Notes: generated by a model not told the origin, from the sequence alone. A stretch of DNA of 59,208 nt from Bacteroidales bacterium UBA1769 (GCA_002314725.1 DCGV01000093.1:5144-64351), one strand, 5' to 3'. Positions 28,778 through 42,962 are shown, numbered from the stretch's first letter. Program-made: numbers and translations.

Positions 28778-30259
28778 TTATTCTGAAACATCCAATCTTG
28801 TATAATCTTTTGAATTTACTTTAACCACCACTTCTGACGTATGGCGATTGATGTTGAAGAAGCTGAATGCTTCCTGCGGAATAGTAACTTTGACAGTTAC
28901 TGGCTTATTGGAGAAATTGACGACAACTATCATAGCTGATGATCCGAATCCTCTCATAAAGACAAATTGTTTAGATCCATCAAAATATTCAGAGGTAGGA
29001 TTGGCATACATCAAATCATATGTCTTCCCCTCTGAGAAAATAGCATCAGCTGTTGCAATCTTTAAAATCCGTTGATACTCCTTATAGACAATCTTCTCGT
29101 CTAAACTGAGCTTATCTTCAAGCCATCTTTTTATTGAAGGTACAATACAGTAATCGAAAATAGATGTCTTCCCATCCACTCCACTGAAACCCTCACTCTC
29201 CATACCTCTTTCGCCGAACTCTTGTCCCATATATATCATGAATGGTGAAGTATTGAAAAGAAGAGAAGCAGCCAATGGAGCATAAGCCGCCTTCCCACTG
29301 CCGGCATAAAAATCAGAAGCCACTCTAACCTCATCATGGTTTTCAAGGAAGTTTAACATTCTAGGTTGCATATCGCCAAGGAATTGCCATTGATCTGTCA
29401 GGGATCTTGCCTGAGCATTACCTTGGACTATAGCCTTTATCGTATCGTAGAAACAAGATTTATCATAGAGTAAATCAAAACCCGCTTCGAGATATTTTTG
29501 AAAATTATCTTTGGAATAGACCTCTGCGATGAAAAAGATGTTAGGATACAACTCCTTAACCTTTTCAAAAGCCCATTTAAAAAAATCGGAAGGGACAAGC
29601 TCAACCATATCGCAACGGAATCCATCAACACCCTTTGATACCCAGAAAAGAAGAATGTCCAACATCTTGGTCCAAGTATCATGGTTTTCATAATTCAGCT
29701 TTATGGTATCATACCAATCATTCTCGGTCAAATAGGTAGAGAAGGTATTTCCAGTCGCTTTTGCTGGATTTTCATAATATTGATCCGATATATTTGACGG
29801 CATATGGAGAGGCCCGTCTAATATATAGAAATTTTCGGCCTTGAAGTAGGATTTGTACTCTCTATAAACATGATTTGGAACAAAATCTATGACAACTTTC
29901 ATCCCGGCTTTATGCGTTCTAGAGACGAGAGCTTCAAATTCTGCCATTCTATTGTCTTGATTGACAGCCAGTGCTGGATCGACATCAAAATAGTTACGAA
30001 TAGCGTAGGGAGATCCTGCTTCCCCTTTTATTATGGCCTTATTGCAATCAGGAACGCCACGAAAAGAGCTCTTGGTTGCGTGGGAAATGACACCGGTATA
30101 CCACATAGCCCCAATTGACAGAGTCTTGTATTTGCGTAATACAGCATCAGTGATATCATTGAATTTACCGCTGCCATTAATATCGAAAGAGCCGCCGGGA
30201 ACGCAATTACGTTTCCCGAAGGCTCTTACTAACATTTGGTATATGATAAATTTTACCAA
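28778..30259 (-). CDS. GH13 alpha-amylase-family glycoside hydrolase (cytoplasmic, no signal peptide)
   Basis: GH13 conserved regions DFVPNH, GVDGFRCDMV, FFIAEVY and FLENHDE. Confidence 0.85.
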   Translation of the reverse strand: MVKFIIYQMLVRAFGKRNCVPGGSFDINGSGKFNDITDAVLRKYKTLSIGAMWYTGVISHATKSSFRGVPDCNKAIIKGEAGSPYAIRNYFDVDPALAVNQDNRMAEFEALVSRTHKAGMKVVIDFVPNHVYREYKSYFKAENFYILDGPLHMPSNISDQYYENPAKATGNTFSTYLTENDWYDTIKLNYENHDTWTKMLDILLFWVSKGVDGFRCDMVELVPSDFFKWAFEKVKELYPNIFFIAEVYSKDNFQKYLEAGFDLLYDKSCFYDTIKAIVQGNAQARSLTDQWQFLGDMQPRMLNFLENHDEVRVASDFYAGSGKAAYAPLAASLLFNTSPFMIYMGQEFGERGMESEGFSGVDGKTSIFDYCIVPSIKRWLEDKLSLDEKIVYKEYQRILKIATADAIFSEGKTYDLMYANPTSEYFDGSKQFVFMRGFGSSAMIVVVNFSNKPVTVKVTIPQEAFSFFNINRHTSEVVVKVNSKDYTRLDVSE

Positions 30260-31482
30260 TTCAAAATCTTCTTGAAGTCGTATGCTTCAGGATCTGGTAC
30301 GTATGCTTTTGCAGCAGCGTAATCAGCTTCAGTTATATAGTGGCAAACGTATTTGTAGAATACCTGTGCCATATCGCCTTCAATATCAACCAATCTTGGT
30401 GGAATCTTACCAGTTTCATCCTGAAGGTCAGTTAGATATAGAGGATTGATTTGACCCATTGGATCTACATATACCATACAACCGGTTTCACCCTTCTTGA
30501 ATAGTTCATAAACGCCTAGACCAAGTTGTGAGCAATATGTCAAGTCAAATGCGATAGGATCCTGGCAACGTACATCGTAACCGATCTCTACTGGACGTGA
30601 TTTAACCTTCATACCGATCTTTTTAAGCTCTTTTTCAATGATGTCATTGAACATAACAGCCTTTGAGATCTTACCAAGCTCTGGGTGACCGTGATCGTCA
30701 TATGTAAAGTGAACACCTGTAGCCTTCAACTCTTCATCGCTCAAGCTGTGGAATACACCCTCTGATACCATAATAGCACCGTAAGGGATACCCATAATAG
30801 CACGTTTGATGATAGCTGAGATAGAAAGTTTGATAATCTTATCAATTGTGATCTCACTCTTGTTGAACATCTCAGGGATGATGATCATTGGATAGTGGCA
30901 AGCAGCACCTACGTGAAGTGCAAGGTGACCTGCACTACGTCCCATAGCAGCTACGATAAGCCAGTTACCTGATGTACGGGCATCCTCATATACAGTAGCA
31001 GCGATGTGAGCGCCTTCAGCCTTAGCTGAGTTGAAACCGTATGTAGGAGTGTTCATTGGTAATGGAAGGTCATTATCAATAGTCTTTGGAACGTGGATAT
31101 TATGGATTGGATAGCTCTTAGCAACCAAGAATTTAGCAACGCGGTTAGCTGTAGAAGCAGTATCATCACCACCGACAGTAACAAGAAGTTTGATATTGTT
31201 ATCCTGGAAAAGTTTTAGATTGAAGTTTTTGTCGAAATCTTCCTGAGTAGGTTTGAAACGGCTCATCATAAGATATGAACCACCTCTTTTGAAGATTGTG
31301 TCAGCAAGAACGAAATTCAACTCTTCGAAATTTGGATTTGGAGAGAATAGACCTGAGTAACCTCCGTGGAGGCCAAGTACTCTGTAACCATTAGCCAAAA
31401 AAGCTTTTGCAATACTTCCAACAACTGTGTTCATTCCAGGAGCAGGACCGCCACCTGTCAAAATGATAACTGATTCTTTCAT
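30253..31482 (-). CDS. pfp: 6-phosphofructokinase, PPi-dependent type
   Basis: GGGPAPGMN, TVGGDDTAS (Asp rather than Gly) and PKTIDNDL (Lys rather than Gly) match the residues that distinguish PPi- from ATP-dependent enzymes. Confidence 0.85.
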   Translation of the reverse strand: MKESVIILTGGGPAPGMNTVVGSIAKAFLANGYRVLGLHGGYSGLFSPNPNFEELNFVLADTIFKRGGSYLMMSRFKPTQEDFDKNFNLKLFQDNNIKLLVTVGGDDTASTANRVAKFLVAKSYPIHNIHVPKTIDNDLPLPMNTPTYGFNSAKAEGAHIAATVYEDARTSGNWLIVAAMGRSAGHLALHVGAACHYPMIIIPEMFNKSEITIDKIIKLSISAIIKRAIMGIPYGAIMVSEGVFHSLSDEELKATGVHFTYDDHGHPELGKISKAVMFNDIIEKELKKIGMKVKSRPVEIGYDVRCQDPIAFDLTYCSQLGLGVYELFKKGETGCMVYVDPMGQINPLYLTDLQDETGKIPPRLVDIEGDMAQVFYKYVCHYITEADYAAAKAYVPDPEAYDFKKILNW

Positions 31483-31560
31483 CTTTTAAAATATTATTGA
31501 GTTAAAATTTAATGACTTTTCAATCGCGAGCAAATTTAATCTTTTTTGAGTAAAAATCGT

Positions 31561-31568
31561 TATTTTTG
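31561..31568 (+). promoter_or_regulatory. -7 promoter box TATTTTTG upstream of ligA
   Basis: Exact TAnnTTTG match about 40 nt upstream of the ATG at 31610. Confidence 0.4.
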
Positions 31569-31606
31569 TGAGAAGTTGTTTTAACACTTTCCATATTATT
31601 AAATAA

Positions 31607-34584
<2,978 letters not shown>

Positions 34585-34616
34585 GCCGCGAAAAAGATGT
34601 AACTTTGTAGTTTACT

Positions 34617-36857
34617 ATGTTTACTGAAGAAGATTACACATTAATCAACAGGGATTTTGAAAGCCTGAGGGGTCTTGCCAAGGACAGATGCACGAATGAG
34701 GATCATTATCAATTGATACTCAAGGCATTTGACTTCGCCAATGAAGCTCATAAAGATGTTAGACGCCGTTCTGGCGAACCATATATACTCCACCCGATAG
34801 CAGTGGCCAAGATTGTTGTCTCTGAAATTGGGCTGGGTTATAAATCTATATGTGCAGCGCTTCTGCACGATGTAGTTGAAGATACAGACTACACAGTTGA
34901 CGATATTAGAGATCATTTCGGAGATAAGATAGCAACTCTTGTCGATGGGTTGACCAAAATCAAGACGGCACTTGACAATGACAACAAGAGTGAAGTGAAA
35001 AGCCTTCAGGCTGAAAACTTCAAACGTATTCTTTTGACACTGAATGACGATGTCAGAATAGTCCTTATCAAACTTGCCGACAGATTGCATAATTGTCGCA
35101 CCATCCAATACATGCCCGACTACAAACGTGACAAGATATTGAGTGAGACGATGTATATCTTCATACCTCTAGCCAATCGTCTTGGTCTATACAGTATCAA
35201 GACCGAGATGGAGAATATCTGGCTTCAATGGAAAGAGCCGAATGATTTCGCCGAGATCACGAAGAAACTAGACTCGATTAAACAGGAGAGTGAAAATTCA
35301 ATGAACTATTTCATCTCCCCTATCAAAGCCGTATTGAGAGATAAAGGATTCAGTTTTGACATAATAAAAAGATTGAAAACTCCATATTCCATCTGGAAGA
35401 AGATGGTAACCAAAAATATTCCATTTGAGGAGATTTATGATATCTGCGCTATCAGAATCATTTTTGAGCCACAAGAAGGAGTATCAGAGCGAGAGCAATG
35501 CTGGCAAATCTTTTCGGCAATAACTGAACTGTATTCATACAAACCTGAACGCACAAGAGATTGGTTGAAAGACCCTAAATCAAATGGCTACGAAGCACTA
35601 CACCTTACCGTAATGGGGCCTCACGGAAACTGGATAGAGGTACAGATAAGGAGCGACAGGATGAACTCGATTGCAGAGAGAGGTGTCGCAGCGCACTGGC
35701 TCTACAAGAAATACAGTGGCGAAACATATACCTATCAATCTGAAAACGAAGTTGATACATGGCTCAAGAAGATTAAAGATGTACTAGAACATCCTGACGC
35801 AAATACCTTGCAATTCCTCGACGATTTCCATAAGGAACTTACAATGAGTGAAATCTTTGTATTTACTCCAAAAGGAGAAGCCAGAAGTGTTCCAAAACAT
35901 GCGACGGCGTTGGATTTTGCATATAGCATTCACTCTCACATCGGACACAAAGCCATAGCAGCCAAAGTCAACCAAAGATTAGTTCCACTTTCACACGAGC
36001 TTACAAATGGTGACCAGGTCGAAATCATCACCTCAGAAAAGGGCGTTCCGAAACGTGAATGGCTTGATTTCCTCATTACTGCAAAAGCTCGCAATGCTGT
36101 AATAGACAAGATAAAATCAGACAGTAAGAACAACCTTAAAGAGGGACGCGCTCTATTGGAATCAAAATTGAATGAGGTAGGTGTCCCTGTCCAAACCCGT
36201 GTCATCAAAAAACTTCAGGACTATTATAAAGCGACTACCAAGGACGAACTCTATATTAAAATCGGTTGCGGACTTATCGACCTCAATAACCTTGAAACTA
36301 TTCTGAAGACCAATATCGAGAAGCGCAATGTCCAGATGTGGGGTGTCAAATTGCTTGAACCGACCAAAATCATTGGTAAAATCAATAGAAAGGAGGACTA
36401 TTTGCTCTCAGAAGATATCACAGAAGGTACAATGTCATTCTCTATTGCCCCATGCTGTTCTCCAATTCCAGGAGATAGCGTGGTTTGCTTTATCGACGAT
36501 GACGGAAGTGTGGTTGTTCATAAAAAGAGTTGTGAAGTTGCAAATAGGTTGGCATCCAAATATGGCAACAAAATAGTTCCGGCGAAGTGGAGCAAGCACT
36601 TCATGATGTCCTATTTGGCAGGAATCAGCATCAAGGGTATCGACAGGATAGGTATTCTGAGTGAAGTGACCAAATCACTTGCAATGCACCTTGGCATAAA
36701 TATCAGAAAGATTTTGATTGAAGCACACGATGAGATTTTCGAGGGTACCATAGAGCTTTACGTACACAATACCGATGATCTTGGCAGAATTATTGATACG
36801 CTGAAAGAGATCAAAGGAATAGAAATGGTTAAACGCAACGAAATTTCCAACACATGA
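34617..36857 (+). CDS. relA: bifunctional (p)ppGpp synthetase/hydrolase (RelA/SpoT homolog)
   Basis: HD domain (HPIAVA..., LLHDVVEDT), then synthetase, TGS and ACT regions. 746 aa. Confidence 0.95.
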   Translation: MFTEEDYTLINRDFESLRGLAKDRCTNEDHYQLILKAFDFANEAHKDVRRRSGEPYILHPIAVAKIVVSEIGLGYKSICAALLHDVVEDTDYTVDDIRDHFGDKIATLVDGLTKIKTALDNDNKSEVKSLQAENFKRILLTLNDDVRIVLIKLADRLHNCRTIQYMPDYKRDKILSETMYIFIPLANRLGLYSIKTEMENIWLQWKEPNDFAEITKKLDSIKQESENSMNYFISPIKAVLRDKGFSFDIIKRLKTPYSIWKKMVTKNIPFEEIYDICAIRIIFEPQEGVSEREQCWQIFSAITELYSYKPERTRDWLKDPKSNGYEALHLTVMGPHGNWIEVQIRSDRMNSIAERGVAAHWLYKKYSGETYTYQSENEVDTWLKKIKDVLEHPDANTLQFLDDFHKELTMSEIFVFTPKGEARSVPKHATALDFAYSIHSHIGHKAIAAKVNQRLVPLSHELTNGDQVEIITSEKGVPKREWLDFLITAKARNAVIDKIKSDSKNNLKEGRALLESKLNEVGVPVQTRVIKKLQDYYKATTKDELYIKIGCGLIDLNNLETILKTNIEKRNVQMWGVKLLEPTKIIGKINRKEDYLLSEDITEGTMSFSIAPCCSPIPGDSVVCFIDDDGSVVVHKKSCEVANRLASKYGNKIVPAKWSKHFMMSYLAGISIKGIDRIGILSEVTKSLAMHLGINIRKILIEAHDEIFEGTIELYVHNTDDLGRIIDTLKEIKGIEMVKRNEISNT

Positions 36858-38638
36858 AACGATCACTGATAATTTTCTCAATAATTACATCATTCATACT
36901 GTGTTGCGCAATTTCTCATTCATGCGCCAATACTACCACACCCCCAAGCGGTGGCCCGAAGGATACTATTCCACCAGTCTTGATATCCGTGTCACCGGAA
37001 AACAACAGTACAAACTTTCCTCTTACAGATGGTAAGATTCAATTGTTATATAACGAATATACAATTGTAAAAAATGCTTCAGAGATAATTGTATCCCCTC
37101 CATCAAAAAAGAAACCTGTCACAAAGATCAAGAACAAATATATCGTTGTCTCATTCAACGACACTCTTCAAGCGGACAAGACATACACAATAGACTTTGG
37201 GAATACCCTTGTTGACAATAATGAAGGTAATGTAGCTCCACGTTTTGTATATACATTCTCCACAGGTGACGTTATTGACTCCATGTATGTAACAGGTACA
37301 GTAACAGACAGTAAAACATTGCAACCTGTAAAGAATCTCCTCGTCGCCTTATACTCTGATATGAGTGACTCTGCATGTTTCAATGTAATGCCGGATGCCG
37401 CTACTAAGAGCGACGATTGGGGCTTTTTCCTAATAAGGAATGTCAAACCAATCCCATATCAGTTGATAGGATTCTCTGATACAGACAATGATTACAAATA
37501 TGATCCTAATAGTGACCAGATTGCCTTTGTCGATACACTCATCATACCGAGAAAGGTAGTGAATGACTCTGTTTATGAACTTGGTTCTTTCATAATAAAA
37601 GACACAGCCAGATGTAAGGCGAGAGAATCAATGTATAATATTACTCTCTTCAAGGAGTTGCAAAGTGTCCAGTATCTACAGAACAGTGGCAGAATTGAGG
37701 AAAAGGTCGGCTTCTTGAAATTCAGCGCAGCTGATGTCATTATTAAAAATTTCGAGATTGTCGGAGTTAAAGACAGCCTAATCATTACTCAGATGAATGA
37801 TACCAAGGACAGTATGCTCTTCTGGATCAATTCAAAAAACAGAATGGAAGACAGTTTGTTGATACGTCTTACATATATGGCTACCGACTCTATTGGTAAT
37901 CTTGTAGATTCTACCACAAATCTGTCACTAGCAATACCTGATGATGTCAAGAAGGCTATGAAAGAGAAGGCCAATGCAGCTCCTGATACCACCTTCAACC
38001 TCTCAATCAACATATCCGACGAAACAATGGAACAGGACGGAGCTACAGTTACATTGGACTATCCTGCTCTGGCAGTATCAGCCGACTCTATCCGAATTCT
38101 GGCCAAAAATCCAAAAGGACAGACAGATACGCTATCATGTTCGTTAGAGAGAGATTCAACCGACATCAGACGGTATATCATCCATCAGGATGACGCCATG
38201 AAAGAGGGTTATGAATATGAACTTCAAATACCTGCTGGAGCATTCGTAAATCTCAAAGGCCTTCCAAACAATCCTTCGTCATCCAAATATCAAATACCTA
38301 AGAGCGACAATTTAAGTATCCTCACAATTGTGGCCCAAGATGTCCAAACTCGTTATATCATTGAGCTTATGGATAACAAGATGTCGAAAGTATACAGAAA
38401 GTATGTCATTGATTCGGACAAATCACTTCTGTTCCCATATCTGAAGGCAGGATCCTATTCACTGAGGATTACCGAGGACAAAAATAACAATGGCATCTTT
38501 GACGCCGGTAACTTCATGATGAAGCGTCAGCCTGAAAAGGTACTCTTCTATGAAGTAACACCAGGGAATCAAACATTCGAAATTCCTGAAAAAATGGATA
38601 TCGAACAGGAGATTAATCTAAAGGAGATGTTTGAATGA
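36854..38638 (+). CDS. Ig-like (SbsA-type) domain lipoprotein
   Basis: ATGA overlap with relA. Signal with Cys (ILCCAISHSC). N-terminal PSGGPKDTIPPVLISVSPENNSTNF is typical of Ig-like domain proteins. Confidence 0.6.
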   Translation: MKRSLIIFSIITSFILCCAISHSCANTTTPPSGGPKDTIPPVLISVSPENNSTNFPLTDGKIQLLYNEYTIVKNASEIIVSPPSKKKPVTKIKNKYIVVSFNDTLQADKTYTIDFGNTLVDNNEGNVAPRFVYTFSTGDVIDSMYVTGTVTDSKTLQPVKNLLVALYSDMSDSACFNVMPDAATKSDDWGFFLIRNVKPIPYQLIGFSDTDNDYKYDPNSDQIAFVDTLIIPRKVVNDSVYELGSFIIKDTARCKARESMYNITLFKELQSVQYLQNSGRIEEKVGFLKFSAADVIIKNFEIVGVKDSLIITQMNDTKDSMLFWINSKNRMEDSLLIRLTYMATDSIGNLVDSTTNLSLAIPDDVKKAMKEKANAAPDTTFNLSINISDETMEQDGATVTLDYPALAVSADSIRILAKNPKGQTDTLSCSLERDSTDIRRYIIHQDDAMKEGYEYELQIPAGAFVNLKGLPNNPSSSKYQIPKSDNLSILTIVAQDVQTRYIIELMDNKMSKVYRKYVIDSDKSLLFPYLKAGSYSLRITEDKNNNGIFDAGNFMMKRQPEKVLFYEVTPGNQTFEIPEKMDIEQEINLKEMFE

Positions 38639-39321
38639 GAAAAATAATCATACTATTTATATCTCTGCTCTTCTCTCTTACGGCATTTTCACAAGAGTTT
38701 GACGTAATCGGTGAATTGGATGACGATTTCTCCAACATATTGAACTTTGAAGAGGCTAAGCCATACAAAAGCACTCATATGTTGGGTGTCAAATATTCAT
38801 ATCACATAAGTACCGTAAAATGTACACCTGATATAGGCGCAGGATATGAATTCCTCGATAGGAATCTATCCGTTATGTACACATATTACAACTCTATGTG
38901 GAATTCACTTCCATATTTTGGGTTGACTACAGGTATCAAGTATGGCACTGAAGGATTTACATCATCCAAGACCAATTATGGATACACATATGACATTGTT
39001 GAGATGCCCGTTTTATCCGAGTTCCATATTGATGTTTCACGCTTCCGAATTCTTGCAGAGATCGGCGGTTATTGTGGATACAAATTGAAAACCGACAAAC
39101 CGGGAGGCTTCGACAATTACGATATCAGATACGACTACGGACTCGAAGCCGGCGGCGGTGTGGCGTTGATTTTCAAACCATTTGAATTACAACTCAAAGG
39201 AGAATACAAGTACTCGTTATGCAGTGATTTCCATGCCAATAAATTCAGCGATATTTACTGGATTTATTGCTATCCACGTAACATAATGATCAGTTGCGGA
39301 TTGTACATTCATCTTTGGTAA
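38635..39321 (+). CDS. small outer-membrane beta-barrel protein
   Basis: ATGA overlap with the upstream gene. Signal ...LTAFSQ, alternating aromatic/Gly-rich strands and a C-terminal aromatic residue. Confidence 0.55.
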   Translation: MRKIIILFISLLFSLTAFSQEFDVIGELDDDFSNILNFEEAKPYKSTHMLGVKYSYHISTVKCTPDIGAGYEFLDRNLSVMYTYYNSMWNSLPYFGLTTGIKYGTEGFTSSKTNYGYTYDIVEMPVLSEFHIDVSRFRILAEIGGYCGYKLKTDKPGGFDNYDIRYDYGLEAGGGVALIFKPFELQLKGEYKYSLCSDFHANKFSDIYWIYCYPRNIMISCGLYIHLW

Positions 39322-39325
39322 ACTT

Positions 39326-40597
39326 ATGAAAAAAATATCATTCAAGATAGCGGATCGATTGACAATAGGAAATAACTCTCCTATTATTGTCCAGACAATG
39401 TGCAATACGCATACAGCGGATATCGAACCTTCTGTGGCACAATGCAAGGCCATGGCTGAAGCCGGTGCAGGGCTAATCAGACTGACTACTCAAGGGATGC
39501 GAGAGGTTGAAGCGTTGAAAGAGATCAAAAAGCAACTTCGTAACGAAGGTATTATGACACCTCTGGTTGCAGATGTCCACTTCAATGCAGATGTTGCTCT
39601 GGCAGTGGCAAAGGTTGCCGATAAGGTGCGCATCAATCCAGGTAATTTCGCCCCAGTACATGAAGATGCATGTAGAAAATTTGCGGAACTTATTGACATC
39701 TGTAAGGAAAACGGAACAGTCATCCGTATCGGACTGAACCACGGCTCTCTTGGTGAACGAATTACAAATCTCTATGGGAACACCCCACTCGCAATGAAAG
39801 AGGCTGTAATGGAGTGGCTCAAGATGTGTATCGAAAAGGAGTTCTTCAATGTCGTTGTTTCATTGAAAGCCAGCAACACCCGTGTAATGGTCGATGCTTA
39901 CAGACTTCTCTATAAAGCGATGGAGGAGATTGGATATATCTTCCCTATGCACCTTGGAGTAACAGAAGCAGGCAACTCAGATGAAGGAAGGATAAAGTCG
40001 GCTGTCGGTATCGGCTCACTTCTTAAAGACGGCATAGGTGACACAATCAGAGTTTCATTGACAGAAAATCCTGTAAATGAGATAGCAGCAGGATACTCTA
40101 TTGTCAAATATCTTCACTCAGAGTGCAGGGATTTTGACAATTGGAATGATTTCATTATTGCCGCATCACTCACATACGGTCCAGATCTTCTTGATTGCAA
40201 AATCGACGACTTTACACTGGATGGGTGGACTATAAATGGTCAACCAATTTCACAAGATAAAGCCGAGGATTTCAAAGATAAATTGATGCAGGCTTGTCGC
40301 CGCAGGTTTACTAAACCAGAATACATCGCATGTCCTGGTTGCGGAAGAACTCTTTATAGCCTTGAAGAGACCTTCAATGAGGTAAAACGTCGCACAAGTC
40401 ACCTGAAGGGGATACGAATCGCCATAATGGGATGCATTGTCAATGGCCCGGGCGAAATGGCCGACGCCGACTACGGCTACGTCGGAGAAGGTCGCGGCAA
40501 AGTCACTCTCTACAAAGGCAAAACACCTGTTCTACGCAGCGTACCACAGGAAGAAGCAATAGACAAATTGCTGGAACTTATCGCAAACACCTTTTAA
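39326..40597 (+). CDS. ispG: 4-hydroxy-3-methylbut-2-en-1-yl diphosphate synthase
   Basis: TIM-barrel motifs (VQTMCNT, RINPGNF, IRIGLNHGSL) and Fe-S cluster motifs ACPGCGRT and GCIVNGPGE. Confidence 0.9.
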   Translation: MKKISFKIADRLTIGNNSPIIVQTMCNTHTADIEPSVAQCKAMAEAGAGLIRLTTQGMREVEALKEIKKQLRNEGIMTPLVADVHFNADVALAVAKVADKVRINPGNFAPVHEDACRKFAELIDICKENGTVIRIGLNHGSLGERITNLYGNTPLAMKEAVMEWLKMCIEKEFFNVVVSLKASNTRVMVDAYRLLYKAMEEIGYIFPMHLGVTEAGNSDEGRIKSAVGIGSLLKDGIGDTIRVSLTENPVNEIAAGYSIVKYLHSECRDFDNWNDFIIAASLTYGPDLLDCKIDDFTLDGWTINGQPISQDKAEDFKDKLMQACRRRFTKPEYIACPGCGRTLYSLEETFNEVKRRTSHLKGIRIAIMGCIVNGPGEMADADYGYVGEGRGKVTLYKGKTPVLRSVPQEEAIDKLLELIANTF

Positions 40598-40657
40598 CGA
40601 TGAAATACAGCGAAATTGTACCGTTGGACAACATGTATATAAAACAGATTTAATTTT

Positions 40658-41950
40658 TTATATCTTCTCGATATACTTTTCCAGCTCTTCCTCAGAATTA
40701 TTAAGTTGCCCAAATGTGCGTTTCAGATTAAGTATCTTCTTGAATTCTACAGGCAATTCAGGATTGAAGCCAATACTGTTATTAATAACAGAAGCGAACT
40801 TTGACGGATGTGCAGTAGAGAGATAGAAACCTGAAGCATCAGCTGCCTTGTATGAAAGATAACCTACAGCACTATGAGGATCCGACAAGTAGTGACAATT
40901 ATCATAAATCTCTTTAATTGCGTCCTTTATCTCTGCATCGCTATAACTGTATCCCTTGACGTTTAAGATTATCTTAGAATAATCATCATCAAACAGATAT
41001 AGTAATCTTTCGAAATTACTTGGAGCACCTACATCCATAGCATTGGCTACGGTCTGGACTGATGGCTTAGGGTTATAAGAACCTGATTCCAGAAAAGCTG
41101 GTACTATATCATTTGCGTTTGAACCTGCAATAAAACGATTCATCGGCATTCCCATCTTCCAAGCCAACATACCTGCGGTAATATTACCATAGTTTCCACT
41201 CGGGACAACAATATCTGGATCTCCTACTCCACCCTGTCTCTTCCATTGGCAATAGCCCCAAAAGTAGTAGAACGACTGAGGTATCCAACGGAGGATGTTA
41301 ATGGAATTGGCAGAAGTTATCTTGACTCTGCTCCTTAAATCCTTATTATTGAATGATGCCTTTACAAGTGCCTGGCAATCATCGAAAGTTCCGTTTACTG
41401 CCAATGGGAAGATATTTTCACCAAGTGTAGTCATCTGCGCCTCTTGGAAATCACTAACCTTTCCTTTAGGGTACAGTACAATGACTTTAACACCTGGTAC
41501 TTTCCAGAAGCCATGGGCAACTGCGCTTCCCGTATCTCCTGATGTGGCAGTAAGAACTATAATCGGGTCTCCACCTTTATTCAGAAGTCCAAGCATACGT
41601 CCCATGAACCTTCCACCGAAATCCTTGAAAGCAAATGTAGGTCCATGAAATAGCTCCAACACCTTTACACCTTTTCCGATCTCTACAAGTGGAACTTCAA
41701 AATTGAAAGCATCACGGACTATTGCATCAATCTCTTCAGGATTGACATCATCTCCAAAAATAGTACAAGCCAGATAGCTTGCCATATCTGCAAATGAGAT
41801 CTCTGCCAACTCCTCTACCCTCTTCATATCCACTTGTGGATAGTATTCAGGCATAAAAAGACCGCCGTCAGGGGCAAGGCCTAGAAATGCAGCATCCCTT
41901 AAATTAAATTTTGAAGTGCGTGATTTATCACGATTACTATAAAAATACAT
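40658..41950 (-). CDS. thrC: threonine synthase
   Basis: PLP-lysine motif PTFAFKDFG. 430 aa. Lies directly downstream of thrB. Confidence 0.92.
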   Translation of the reverse strand: MYFYSNRDKSRTSKFNLRDAAFLGLAPDGGLFMPEYYPQVDMKRVEELAEISFADMASYLACTIFGDDVNPEEIDAIVRDAFNFEVPLVEIGKGVKVLELFHGPTFAFKDFGGRFMGRMLGLLNKGGDPIIVLTATSGDTGSAVAHGFWKVPGVKVIVLYPKGKVSDFQEAQMTTLGENIFPLAVNGTFDDCQALVKASFNNKDLRSRVKITSANSINILRWIPQSFYYFWGYCQWKRQGGVGDPDIVVPSGNYGNITAGMLAWKMGMPMNRFIAGSNANDIVPAFLESGSYNPKPSVQTVANAMDVGAPSNFERLLYLFDDDYSKIILNVKGYSYSDAEIKDAIKEIYDNCHYLSDPHSAVGYLSYKAADASGFYLSTAHPSKFASVINNSIGFNPELPVEFKKILNLKRTFGQLNNSEEELEKYIEKI

Positions 41951-41954
41951 AGTG

Positions 41955-42878
41955 TTACAATATTCTTGCTCCCTTTTCAGAGACGTTAGCGGTATATGTA
42001 TCAGATTTAATATTTAAGAAAGAAAAGTGCTCCTTCATAATTGAAGCTATATTCTTTGCTGTCTGTTCATCTTCAGAGACGGCAAAAACTGATGGACCTG
42101 AACCGGAAATATTCATTGCAAGAGCGCCAGCTTTCAGGACTTTATCTCTTAAGATTTCAAACCCAGGAATAAAACCACGTCTATATGGTTCAGCTACAAC
42201 ATCGACCATAGATCTACCAATAAGAGGTACATCTCCCAATACTAGTCCTGCAACAAGACCTCCGACATTTCCCCACTGTTTTACAGCATCTCGCACAGGT
42301 ATCTCTTTTGGCATCACTTCACGTGCCATCTTTGTACTTACCATAATGTCCGGATGGACAACAGAGCAGTGGAAATTTTCCGGTACAGGCAATTTAACTA
42401 TATCCAGAGGCTTATACCCACGAATGAATACAACTCCACCCATGATAGAAGGTGCAACATTATCGGCATGAGCAACGCCGCCACTGATCAGTTTCTCACC
42501 CTCCATCGCAAACTCAACAAGTTTAAGATCTGAGAAAGGCCTTCCAAGAAGTTCATTGAGTGCAAACACTGCAGCTGAAGATGAAGCCGCACTTGAACCT
42601 ATACCGCTTCCAGGAGCAATCTTTTTCTCGACAATAATCTTGATTTTCATATGAGAGCCATATTCGGCAAGGAAAGACATCACTGCAGGAGTGATTACAT
42701 TCTTCTCTATATTTTGAGGCAGGTCGATACCGCTGTTGTTAATAATCTCTAGACCATGGCCATCTTCAATTGAAACATCCAGGATATCTCCGGTAGCATC
42801 CATTGCCATTCCCATAACGTCAAAACCACAACCCATATTTGCAACAGAGGCTGGAGCGAAAACTTTAATTCGTTTCAT
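41955..42878 (-). CDS. thrB: homoserine kinase (GHMP family)
   Basis: GHMP motif PGSGIGSSAASS. 307 aa. Confidence 0.9.
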   Translation of the reverse strand: MKRIKVFAPASVANMGCGFDVMGMAMDATGDILDVSIEDGHGLEIINNSGIDLPQNIEKNVITPAVMSFLAEYGSHMKIKIIVEKKIAPGSGIGSSAASSSAAVFALNELLGRPFSDLKLVEFAMEGEKLISGGVAHADNVAPSIMGGVVFIRGYKPLDIVKLPVPENFHCSVVHPDIMVSTKMAREVMPKEIPVRDAVKQWGNVGGLVAGLVLGDVPLIGRSMVDVVAEPYRRGFIPGFEILRDKVLKAGALAMNISGSGPSVFAVSEDEQTAKNIASIMKEHFSFLNIKSDTYTANVSEKGARIL

Positions 42879-42962
42879 AACAATATTATATGATATGTAT
42901 CATCAATGATACAAGATTAATAAACAAGTGAAATCAGATAGTTTAAGAAGAGACCGGTTATG

